Program-made: the position numbers and the translations under genes
Notes under the pieces: generated by a model
What the model was told of the DNA's origin: nothing
Databases searched by the model: none
Seen by the model: only the letters and a program-made list of their open reading frames with translations
Shown here: positions 45,844 through 54,819 of the stretch, piece after piece
Numbering within the stretch: position 1 is the stretch's first letter
Layout of the letters: each line of letters begins with the position of its first letter
IMG/VR virus record: IMGVR_UViG_3300044632_001003
Coordinates: 62,001-126,000 of that record
Direction: 5' to 3' (one strand)
Length of the DNA: 64,000 nucleotides

Positions 45844-46053
45844 TTAGTTGTTATCCTGACCATAAATTGCCAGGTCAGCATACTCAATCTGCTCAGGGTC
45901 AAGTTGAGCGGTGACAACTTCCAACACGTTCATAAACTCTTGAACAGTCTCACACTCCACCAGACGCTCACTACCCTGGTCGCTGAGAAGAAGGAAGGTG
46001 CGGGTGCAGACATCAATCACAATGCCTTGAACGGTCTCTTGTGCAATGCTCAT
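45844..46053 (-). CDS. hypothetical early protein
   Basis: 69-aa track ORF behind promoter 46079-46131. Confidence 0.75.
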   Translation of the reverse strand: MSIAQETVQGIVIDVCTRTFLLLSDQGSERLVECETVQEFMNVLEVVTAQLDPEQIEYADLAIYGQDNN

Positions 46054-46078
46054 TTGGTGTTCCGTTGATTACCCCCAT

Positions 46079-46131
46079 ATTATAGGGCAGATGGGGGCGG
46101 GTGTCAAGTGTGCCAGTTTAAAAAGTGGTTA
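46079..46131 (-). promoter_or_regulatory. TTGACA-17-TATAAT promoter with an adjacent palindrome
   Basis: GTGCCAGT-N6-AGTGGTTA 46110-46131. Confidence 0.75.
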
Positions 46132-46674
46132 CAGATCTAAAAGAACTCTTAAATCTTCTACAGTCAGACCAAGATTTCTCAGTTTTTCTTGAGGAGTAAC
46201 TGGATTTGCTTCAACAACAGACCAACCAGACTCAGAACTTTCTGATGCTGCAGAAATAGTATCTCCAGTTTCAGCATTCCAAACTAAAGTATAATTTTCT
46301 GTATGAAATGGTGGTGGAGTTCTAGTTGCATTTTCTGGAGCAACTACTGGATTTGGATTGGCGATAACTGTTCCCAGAGTATCTGGATTTGTTGAATAAT
46401 ACATTCCACTCAGGTCATCAACCTGATTCCAGACTTGATTTTCTTCATCAAAAACTCGAACTTTACCCAATTCTGGTTCAGGAGCTTCAATACATGTGGA
46501 ATGTGCTGGAGCAAGATACATATTATGCTCTAGTGGGTCCTTTTTAGCTTCAGTTTTTGATATGAAAAATTTAAAATCAGCATCATAATTATAAATTGGG
46601 CAACTGTTTGCATAGGGCAAATCAAAAATATGCTCAACACCATCTGCGGTTCTACATGTGACAGTATAAGACAT
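46129..46674 (-). CDS. tail fibre assembly chaperone-like protein
   Basis: follows the tail-collar fibre; APE..GK..VFDEE..VW..V.D motif; late promoter 46703-46709. Confidence 0.6.
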   Translation of the reverse strand: MSYTVTCRTADGVEHIFDLPYANSCPIYNYDADFKFFISKTEAKKDPLEHNMYLAPAHSTCIEAPEPELGKVRVFDEENQVWNQVDDLSGMYYSTNPDTLGTVIANPNPVVAPENATRTPPPFHTENYTLVWNAETGDTISAASESSESGWSVVEANPVTPQEKLRNLGLTVEDLRVLLDL

Positions 46675-46705
46675 CTTTAATATAAAATAGTATCTTTACG
46701 ATTAT

Positions 46706-49321
46706 TTATGTCTTTATACAGGGTAGTAACGCATAGTTTCTTGGTCTTGTTTCATTACCAAAGTTACCGCCATTTGTAGCATTGGGAGATCCACTCTCAA
46801 TATTTGTTAGTGTTCCTGTCAATGTCGCAGTTCTTGGAATAGCATTAGTTCCACTATTGCTATACGTTGGAATATTATGAGTGTGAGTTTGATATTGGTG
46901 ATCTTGGAAACTAGCAAAAGTACGACCAGTATCAACAGATGAAGTATTTGCCCAACCTCTGATGAAATTTCCTCTTAAATCTGGAATATTAAAAGTGCTC
47001 ACTCCGTTTCCCGCACCCCAGGTTGTTCCAATAGCAGTAAAGAGAACATTATAAAGTCCTCTAGAAACAGCAGATCCGTCACACTCCAAATATCCACTTG
47101 GAGCAGTGTTTTTTGCAAACCAAAGAACAACTCCAGCGGCGACTGTTCCAGACCCAGCTTCTGTACCTTGAATACCTTGAATGCCCTGGATACCTTGAAT
47201 ACCTTGACCACCAACGAATCCACTAATTCCCTGGTTTCCTTGCAAACCCTGAACACCCTGAGGTCCAATATTACCCTGAATACCTTGGTTTCCAGTTCCA
47301 TTAATACCCTGGATGCCTTGCTCACCCTGGATACCTTGAATTCCCTGGATACCTTGAGAACCTAGGTCACCTCTAATTCCTTGGACACCTTGACGACCTT
47401 GAATACCCTGAGTTCCCTGAGATCCTACACCATTGTCACCTTGAATACCTTGGCGACCTTGAATACCTTGCTCACCTTGAAGTCCTTGAGCCCCTTGATT
47501 TCCATTATTACCTTGGATACCCTGACGACCTTGAATACCTTGAATACCTTGGAGACCCTGAACACCCTGAACACCCTGGAGACCTTGTTCCCCCTGGACT
47601 CCCTGAAGACCCTGGTTACCTTGTGGTCCAAAGTCTCCCTGAATACCCTGCAAACCTTGCCCACCAGTTCCACCAGTAGCACCTCCAGTTCCCTGGAAAC
47701 CTTGAATACCTTGTCTTCCTTGGTTACCCTGCGCTCCAGTTTCACCTTGAACACCTTGGCGTCCTTGAATACCTTGCTCACCCTGGATACCTTGAACACC
47801 CTGGATTCCCTGACGACCCTGAACACCTTGATATCCCTGAATACCTTGAATACCCTGGATACCTTGAATACCTTGATTACCAGCACCACCTATCTGTCCG
47901 CTGATGCCTTGAATACCTTGAGCGCCTTGAGCACCGTCATTACCCTGAATACCTTGACGACCTTGAATACCTTGGTTACCTTGGTTACCTTGGAAACCTT
48001 GAAGACCTTGGTTTCCTTGAGGTCCTTGAGCACCTTGAGTTCCTGGACCACCACCAATACCTTGAAGACCTTGGAATCCTTGGAATCCTTGGAATCCTTG
48101 TGGTCCCGCTGTTCCCTGAGTTCCTTGACGACCCTGAGAACCCTGAACACCTTGGTTTCCTTGAATACCTTGGACACCCTGGAAAGATGCATCATTAATA
48201 CTGATTTTCTTTACATCATCCGCAGAAAAATCATAAACTAGTAATAAATCTTGAAGTCCATCAGCACCAGTAATGAGTTGTTGCTCAGTAATTGCTTTTT
48301 TACTTACTCTTCCATCAAACAAAGTCGCCGTAATAATTCCAGAAGAAAATGTGTTTCCATAGATGGAAAAGTCTGCTCCAACTCCTAAGGTTGAAGTTCC
48401 AATACCAACTTTGCGGAAGGTTGAAATTCCAAGGAATGTAGAAACACCTGTTACTAACAATTCTTTGATTGTAACTGGTCCAGCAAATCCAGAACTACCT
48501 ACAACGTCAAAAACAAATCTTGGAGTTGTTGAACCTAGACCAACTCTTTGATTTGTATAATCATACCAAAAATTAGTTGCACCATCTACTAATCCAGCAG
48601 TTCCATGAAACTGAATTTGTCCGATTGTACCACCAGCACCAGATAGTGTTGCAGATTGAGATTGCCATTCAATACCAGTGATTGTCCTAATTAAAACCTC
48701 TCCTGGATTTCCTGGGTCATTGGTTGAGTCATAAATTGTTCCAGAAACTCTTACATCACCTTGAACGTGCAACTCCTGTGATGGGCTGGGAGTATTAATT
48801 CCAACATATCCCTCGGCAGTTGTCTTAATGATTGTTCCACCAATACCAACATGGAAGTAATGCCCGATGGTCATTATTCCAGTTACATTGTCAAAAAGCA
48901 AATATGGAGAAGCAGCAAAGGATCCATCATTATTAAAGATTATCTCATTATCATTCCCTGGAGGACTAATTGTAATTGTAGAAATTGTCCCGAAGTTATT
49001 TGCAGTTACATTGACAATATTTCCGACAAAATTTAACTTATTAATACTATTTCCTGTACCAACAATCGATCCTTCTTCAAAAACTGAAATACCTGTAACA
49101 ATTCCAGCAGGAGGAACTTGCCAATATCTATCATATTGACCGCCATTTTCAAAAGTTACAAGATTATAATAGTAATCCTTTACAGGCAAAGCCCTCTCAC
49201 CTGGATATCCAAGATTGGGTTCTGCCTCTTCTGGACTAAGAAATACGTGTCTATCTGTACTTAATCCAGAGAAGGGTGTTAATTTTTGCTTCCCGCTTAA
49301 ATATCTTTGCTTATTCCCCAT
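46706..49321 (-). CDS. collagen-like tail fibre with a C-terminal phage tail collar domain
   Basis: about 110 G-X-Y triplets (mostly G-x-Q); GVVLWFA..TAPSGYLECDGSAVSR...FNIPDLRGNFIRG. Confidence 0.88.
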   Translation of the reverse strand: MGNKQRYLSGKQKLTPFSGLSTDRHVFLSPEEAEPNLGYPGERALPVKDYYYNLVTFENGGQYDRYWQVPPAGIVTGISVFEEGSIVGTGNSINKLNFVGNIVNVTANNFGTISTITISPPGNDNEIIFNNDGSFAASPYLLFDNVTGIMTIGHYFHVGIGGTIIKTTAEGYVGINTPSPSQELHVQGDVRVSGTIYDSTNDPGNPGEVLIRTITGIEWQSQSATLSGAGGTIGQIQFHGTAGLVDGATNFWYDYTNQRVGLGSTTPRFVFDVVGSSGFAGPVTIKELLVTGVSTFLGISTFRKVGIGTSTLGVGADFSIYGNTFSSGIITATLFDGRVSKKAITEQQLITGADGLQDLLLVYDFSADDVKKISINDASFQGVQGIQGNQGVQGSQGRQGTQGTAGPQGFQGFQGFQGLQGIGGGPGTQGAQGPQGNQGLQGFQGNQGNQGIQGRQGIQGNDGAQGAQGIQGISGQIGGAGNQGIQGIQGIQGIQGYQGVQGRQGIQGVQGIQGEQGIQGRQGVQGETGAQGNQGRQGIQGFQGTGGATGGTGGQGLQGIQGDFGPQGNQGLQGVQGEQGLQGVQGVQGLQGIQGIQGRQGIQGNNGNQGAQGLQGEQGIQGRQGIQGDNGVGSQGTQGIQGRQGVQGIRGDLGSQGIQGIQGIQGEQGIQGINGTGNQGIQGNIGPQGVQGLQGNQGISGFVGGQGIQGIQGIQGIQGTEAGSGTVAAGVVLWFAKNTAPSGYLECDGSAVSRGLYNVLFTAIGTTWGAGNGVSTFNIPDLRGNFIRGWANTSSVDTGRTFASFQDHQYQTHTHNIPTYSNSGTNAIPRTATLTGTLTNIESGSPNATNGGNFGNETRPRNYALLPCIKT
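47160..48185 (-). repeat. 9-bp-period coding repeat of the collagen domain
   Basis: GAATACCTT/CCCTG repeats on the plus strand. Confidence 0.85.
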
Positions 49322-49323
49322 AA

Positions 49324-49986
49324 TTATGATGTACTATTCTCTAGGATACTTGCAATAAATTCCATTTGAAGTGGGGCAACCAATCCACCACTAACATATG
49401 TATGTACGATTCCATTAGCACTTCCTACTGTAGTGGTAAATGTTCTAGAAGTACCAACACTATTCACAATACTATCAACGACAAATGATGATTGGGGGGA
49501 TGGGAAAATTGTTGTAGTGATTCCAGACCCTGAAGGGCATGTCATAGCAATACCTGACATGGTAATTGGGTCATTTGGAGAGAACCCATGAGGAGTTAGT
49601 GTAGTAACCGTTGCAACTCCTGTAGGTTCGTAGTACTGAACATTTGTAATTGTTACAATTCCAGTTTGAACTGCATTAATGTAAAGTGAATCTAGTTTAA
49701 TTGCGTCTTTTTCTAAAACTAGACGACCATCAACCAAAACAACTGCATCATTTGGAGGAATTTGAATATCTTTAATGATACGAATATCTCTCGTGTTACC
49801 TGTGCTTCTTGATTCTCGACGATGCCAGAAAGTTACGGTTGGATATGTTGCACCAATACCAACATTCGAAACTTGAGCAAACAAAAGAATGGAAGAAACT
49901 CCAGTTGGAACTTCATATAACTTTTGAGTCCCTGGAGCAACAGGAACTGCAACTGTTAAAAACTTATTGACTGGTGCGACTGCCAT
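49324..49986 (-). CDS. virion structural protein
   Basis: coupled to the fibre genes. Confidence 0.7.
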   Translation of the reverse strand: MAVAPVNKFLTVAVPVAPGTQKLYEVPTGVSSILLFAQVSNVGIGATYPTVTFWHRRESRSTGNTRDIRIIKDIQIPPNDAVVLVDGRLVLEKDAIKLDSLYINAVQTGIVTITNVQYYEPTGVATVTTLTPHGFSPNDPITMSGIAMTCPSGSGITTTIFPSPQSSFVVDSIVNSVGTSRTFTTTVGSANGIVHTYVSGGLVAPLQMEFIASILENSTS

Positions 49987-49987
49987 A

Positions 49988-52900
49988 TTATCTTAACGCT
50001 AGAATGAGTGGGGTAACTTCTGCTTGAATTGCTCTACTAAAATCTCGACCTCTAATTGTTGATGTTGTTTGGTCAATTGTGATTCCTTCACCAATTTTAA
50101 AGTTTCCTGCCTGGTCAGTACTCGTAAATGGTATTCTTGCACCATTAATAGCTACGATTTCATTCTCAGGTATTGGAATTCCACCTTGGAATGGGTTCGC
50201 TCTATTTATGTTAACACCTGTACCAATATATTCAAATGAGTGAGTACTTGTTAAAATTCTGCTAATTCTAAAAGTTTCAATTGAAGTGCCAGCACCAATA
50301 CTGTAGGGAACAAACTGACTCAAAGTAATTGTTGTAATCCCACTAACTGGTATTGGTTCTGTTGCTTCGGCAACATCATAGAAAATTGGTTCACTAATTG
50401 CAGTTGCAATTGCTCCTCCTCCACCACCAATTGTAATTACAATTTCTTGATTTGGTAGATAATTTCTACCACTGTTTGTAACATCAATTGAAGTTATTGT
50501 ACCTGCAGCACTTACGTTTGCACTACCTTCAGCAGTAATTCCTTCTGGACCAAGAGGCGAAGAAATCGTAATAGCTGGTGGAGAAGCTGGAGTGTATCCA
50601 CTTCCTCCATTGAGAATACCAATTCGAGAAAGTGTTCTTAATGGCGCAGTAATAATTCCAGTTGCAGGGGTATCGTTATAATCATCAAGATTAATCTTGA
50701 AGAAAATTGCTTGTCCATTATATGGTCTTCTAGTATTTCCTAAGGTATCAGCAATACCAGCGACTACAAATTGGTCAGTATCTCCACCAATTGTTGATAC
50801 TGTTGTAACTCCAACGAAATCTAATGAACCGACACCATCCGCATAAAGTCCGTATATACCAAATGATGAGTTAGAGTTTGTAAGGTCACATGCACCGCCA
50901 CTTGCTGCATAAATTGCAATCTTACAGTTAATTGTAAAGATGGAAACCAACTGTGCATATCCATTATTAGTGATTGAAACTCCAATACCATTTTCATTAT
51001 ATTGCGTAAAGGAGTCACAAACCATACACTTGAGGTCTTGTCCTGGATTATTGACTCCAGTAAATGCTGCACCAACATGCTTCCCATCAATCTTCATGCC
51101 AATACTATCGGTCATGAAGTTAGTGCAGTTACGGATATATGGGGACCTCCATCTTCCGCTTGGACCTTCGTTACATGGTCCTGGATCTAAGAATCCAGAC
51201 CTTGCACTTGCAATACCTGCTGGTGGTGGGAATGCTACAGCAGCACCTCTAATTGTCAATGGAGCATTATCATCAAAAGGATCTGGAGCATAAGCAAAGT
51301 TGATGTTCTCAATTAAACATCCTCTTCTTACATAGAAAACATCATCATCATGTTGTGGATAGATGGTAACAAGACGTAAATCCTGCCCACTAACACTTAC
51401 ATCTGTTCTAAGACCAATAGGATTGTTCTCAGCATAAACTCCAGAACGAATATAAATTGTATCTCCTGGGTTTGCTACTGCTGCTGCAGCACCAATGGTT
51501 AGTTTGGCATCACCCTCGGTTCTTCCGCTATTTTCATCATTACCATACTTCGAAACATATACAATATTCTTCGAATCTGCACCTCTAGGAGCCCAAAAGA
51601 CTCTACCATTTGGATAAGTAACTTTTGGAGAAGCAGCAGGACCAACACCAATAATTGTTGTAACGATTCCAGCACAAACATTAATTGCAGAAACAACGTT
51701 TGCACACCCATCAGGATCACTATTACTACCTCTTTGAGAATCTGGTAGAAGAGAGAAGTCCCTGATTTGTGGAAAAGGTATTGTATAAGAAAGGGTTCTT
51801 GTTGCTGGTAGTTGAGTATTTCCAATACCAGTTGTAACTATTCCAATAAATGATGTAATAGCAGATGCCTGACTTGCACAAGTTGGTGATATTGGATCTG
51901 GTAATACGGAACCATCAATATACTGAGTAAATGTATTTCTTATGCCAGATATTTTGGTAACAACTTGATTTCTCATTACCTGAATAGCAACATCTCTTGC
52001 TTGTTGATAAGCATAGATTGATTGCTCTTGCTCACCTGCTAATAATCCTGCATTATCAATATAGTATTTGGTTGCGTCATAAACTCTTTCATTACCACCA
52101 TATGACAAGTTATATGCAATAGCATCTAAAATTAACTTGATATCATCAATGCAACTTTGATTACTATTTGGTATGCTAAACAGAGGATAATTATTTAAAA
52201 CTCTATCAACTGCTTCTGCCGCAATAAAATCTTTGTTTAAGAAAATCAAACGAGAAGCATCGGCATATGTTCCATTGATGGGCTCCATCTGATAAGATAG
52301 AGGATACAAGGAATTATTAATGACATATCTAGAAATTTCCGCTGCTTTTTGAATTGCAGTAATAGATGCTTCTTTAATTGAATATCCATTCACATCAGTC
52401 CCAGTGATATGAATTAATGTATTGCCATTATAATATGATAATCCAGCACCAACCGATCTAGAATTACCACCTCTAGTAATGTCAAAACAAATGGACCTTA
52501 GAATATCTTTGATGTCATCTCGACAAGAACTATAATTAGAAGTTGATAGTGAAAATGGGGGGTCTTTGTATGAAGTGCTTGTTATGAATCCAACTGCTTC
52601 TCCAGCAAGATACTCTAGATTCAAGCGAATCATATTCGCAGCATCAAAGAATCTAGCAGGAATAACTTGCCCTGTAGTTCCAACACCAACTTGTGTTAAT
52701 ACACTTCTGAAGACTCTGTATTCATCAGTTGTATTTTCAGATGTGAATCCTACTTGATTATTTGCATCATATATTGCACCTTGATTGAAGTATATGTCTT
52801 TTCTAAAAAGATCGACATCGCGTGATGGATCTGCAGTTCCTATACCAATTGAACCGATTCCAGTTGTTGTAAATACTGTTCCACCAGCACCAACACCTAA

Positions 52901-54211
52901 CGTTGTCTGTAAAGTTGTTGCATCATCTACATTTAGTGTTGAATCAAACTGAACTGCATCAACAACATCTAAAGTAGATTGCAGATCTGTTGCACCTGTT
53001 ACATCTAATGTGTCTAATAAATTAGTTGCACCAGTTACTTCTAAGGTATCAAACAATTCAACAGACTGAAGCACGTCCAATGTGCTGAGTAAAGTTGCTG
53101 CTGCACCAACTTGTAAAGTTCCAAATAAAGTTGTACCAGCACCAACAAATAAGAATTTTTGTATGGATACTCCAGCTCCAACAAAAACATTATTTTGGAA
53201 CGTCGAGACTCCAATAACTCTAAAACTACCTGCCATCGTGGCAGCAGCACCAACGTATAATTGATTATCAATTTCTAAGTTTTCTTCTACAAGAACATTT
53301 TTTTCAAAAGTTACATCATCTTTAAATGTAACAATTTGTTCAAATGTTGCTACTCCAACTACACTTAATGGACTTAAGATAGTAGATCCAGAACCTATAA
53401 CATCAAATCCATCATAAAATACACTTCTTTCAAAGAAAGTAGAAACTCCAGATACAGTTAATCTACCATTTAATTTAGTATCACCAGTTACTTCTAATTG
53501 ATTTTGTGGGTTGGTAAGACCTATGCCAACATATGCTGAAGTATTAAGTCCAGCAGGTCTCTTTTCCCAAAAATCTTTAATAACAATATCAGCAATATTG
53601 GGGTTATCTACATTAACTTTACCCTCTACCAATTCAAAAAGACTTCCACCAGAATTAGTGATAAAGTTTAATCCACGGAATGATGATGGTCCAACTAGAA
53701 CGCCTTCATTATAAACAAAGATACCTTCAGTAAAAGATGGTTCAAATTCTACCCATTTAATTCCTTCAGCATCTTTTGATAAGAATCCACCAATAACACC
53801 AGGACTATTAGAAGCATCATAAAGATTTCCATCAATTCTAGCATTACCAATAATATCTAGATTTTGAGTTGGGGCTGTTGTGCCTATTCCAACCCAACCA
53901 GCATAGGGTCCATAAGTTACAACATTAAAAACATTATCTCCTGGATTATTTCCAATATAAAATTCTTCAGTAACTGTTAGAATTCCAACTTGAAGTTGTT
54001 CTAGTTCTTGTTGAATATCAACAGGACCAGCAAAAGTTGTTATGCCAGAGAAAAATGCATTTCCAGTAATTGAAATGTCACCGAAAGTTTCTGTTGCTCC
54101 TGCTTCAAAATCATAATAAATTTTGCCATAGACGTATAAGTCCTTATACATCTTGACATCTTCATTAAAGATAGATGGTTTTCCAATAATTGAAAAATCT
54201 TCTCCTTCCAT
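49988..54211 (-). CDS. large virion structural protein with beta-solenoid repeats and a pectin-lyase-like beta-helix
   Basis: LxSTLxV repeats; two A..LI.LN..FIA.EAV...CxDDI repeats; YVSKYGND..SG...PGDTIYIRSGVY. Confidence 0.8.
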   Translation of the reverse strand: MEGEDFSIIGKPSIFNEDVKMYKDLYVYGKIYYDFEAGATETFGDISITGNAFFSGITTFAGPVDIQQELEQLQVGILTVTEEFYIGNNPGDNVFNVVTYGPYAGWVGIGTTAPTQNLDIIGNARIDGNLYDASNSPGVIGGFLSKDAEGIKWVEFEPSFTEGIFVYNEGVLVGPSSFRGLNFITNSGGSLFELVEGKVNVDNPNIADIVIKDFWEKRPAGLNTSAYVGIGLTNPQNQLEVTGDTKLNGRLTVSGVSTFFERSVFYDGFDVIGSGSTILSPLSVVGVATFEQIVTFKDDVTFEKNVLVEENLEIDNQLYVGAAATMAGSFRVIGVSTFQNNVFVGAGVSIQKFLFVGAGTTLFGTLQVGAAATLLSTLDVLQSVELFDTLEVTGATNLLDTLDVTGATDLQSTLDVVDAVQFDSTLNVDDATTLQTTLGVGAGGTVFTTTGIGSIGIGTADPSRDVDLFRKDIYFNQGAIYDANNQVGFTSENTTDEYRVFRSVLTQVGVGTTGQVIPARFFDAANMIRLNLEYLAGEAVGFITSTSYKDPPFSLSTSNYSSCRDDIKDILRSICFDITRGGNSRSVGAGLSYYNGNTLIHITGTDVNGYSIKEASITAIQKAAEISRYVINNSLYPLSYQMEPINGTYADASRLIFLNKDFIAAEAVDRVLNNYPLFSIPNSNQSCIDDIKLILDAIAYNLSYGGNERVYDATKYYIDNAGLLAGEQEQSIYAYQQARDVAIQVMRNQVVTKISGIRNTFTQYIDGSVLPDPISPTCASQASAITSFIGIVTTGIGNTQLPATRTLSYTIPFPQIRDFSLLPDSQRGSNSDPDGCANVVSAINVCAGIVTTIIGVGPAASPKVTYPNGRVFWAPRGADSKNIVYVSKYGNDENSGRTEGDAKLTIGAAAAVANPGDTIYIRSGVYAENNPIGLRTDVSVSGQDLRLVTIYPQHDDDVFYVRRGCLIENINFAYAPDPFDDNAPLTIRGAAVAFPPPAGIASARSGFLDPGPCNEGPSGRWRSPYIRNCTNFMTDSIGMKIDGKHVGAAFTGVNNPGQDLKCMVCDSFTQYNENGIGVSITNNGYAQLVSIFTINCKIAIYAASGGACDLTNSNSSFGIYGLYADGVGSLDFVGVTTVSTIGGDTDQFVVAGIADTLGNTRRPYNGQAIFFKINLDDYNDTPATGIITAPLRTLSRIGILNGGSGYTPASPPAITISSPLGPEGITAEGSANVSAAGTITSIDVTNSGRNYLPNQEIVITIGGGGGAIATAISEPIFYDVAEATEPIPVSGITTITLSQFVPYSIGAGTSIETFRISRILTSTHSFEYIGTGVNINRANPFQGGIPIPENEIVAINGARIPFTSTDQAGNFKIGEGITIDQTTSTIRGRDFSRAIQAEVTPLILALR

Positions 54212-54221
54212 CTACTTTACC

Positions 54222-54818
54222 TCAATTTCCATTGAAAGAGTCTTTTGCAGCATTAAAAAGAAATACTGCTGCCCCACCAAGAATTCCTGCTAAAACATCT
54301 GCCCCAACGAAACTACCAGCGAAGACTTGATTACAAAAATCAATTTTCAATCCTTCAGCAAGATTTCCCTGTTTTGCATTCAGATTAACTTCATTACCAT
54401 CAAGCAGTGTTTGACCACCAACTGATTTTAGTGTTAGGTTTCTTCCCGCTTTAATGTCAATATCTTCGGTTGCTTCAAGAGTTATATTTGTTGCTTTAAT
54501 TCTTACCGCACCATTTCCATCTGCTTGAATTACAACTTCACCAGTTTTAGATGCAATTAAAACGTCTTGACCTTTAGAACTTTCATTACCATCTCCACCA
54601 ACTATTTCAATCGTTCTATCATTATAAATTGAAAACGTGCCATCCTGTGCAAGGGAAATAGAAGACTTATCTTTATTATCTGTTGTAGAGTAAATTAGAT
54701 AACTTAAATTTCCCTTATTTCCCATTCTAGGATTGTTTGCGTCAATCCTAAACTTTGGTCCAAGACTAATGTGTCTTCTTGCTTCCCAGTTACACTTTTG
54801 GGCGGGTCTTTCTGCCAT
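54222..54818 (-). CDS. baseplate spike-associated beta-rich protein (gp5 C-terminal-like)
   Basis: position downstream of gp5; I.I.A repeats. Confidence 0.5.
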   Translation of the reverse strand: MAERPAQKCNWEARRHISLGPKFRIDANNPRMGNKGNLSYLIYSTTDNKDKSSISLAQDGTFSIYNDRTIEIVGGDGNESSKGQDVLIASKTGEVVIQADGNGAVRIKATNITLEATEDIDIKAGRNLTLKSVGGQTLLDGNEVNLNAKQGNLAEGLKIDFCNQVFAGSFVGADVLAGILGGAAVFLFNAAKDSFNGN

Positions 54819-54819
54819 G

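Noticed and set aside
37039-54211. Diversity-generating retroelement acting on the fibre genes
   Set aside because: No reverse transcriptase and no template/variable repeat pair was seen in the window
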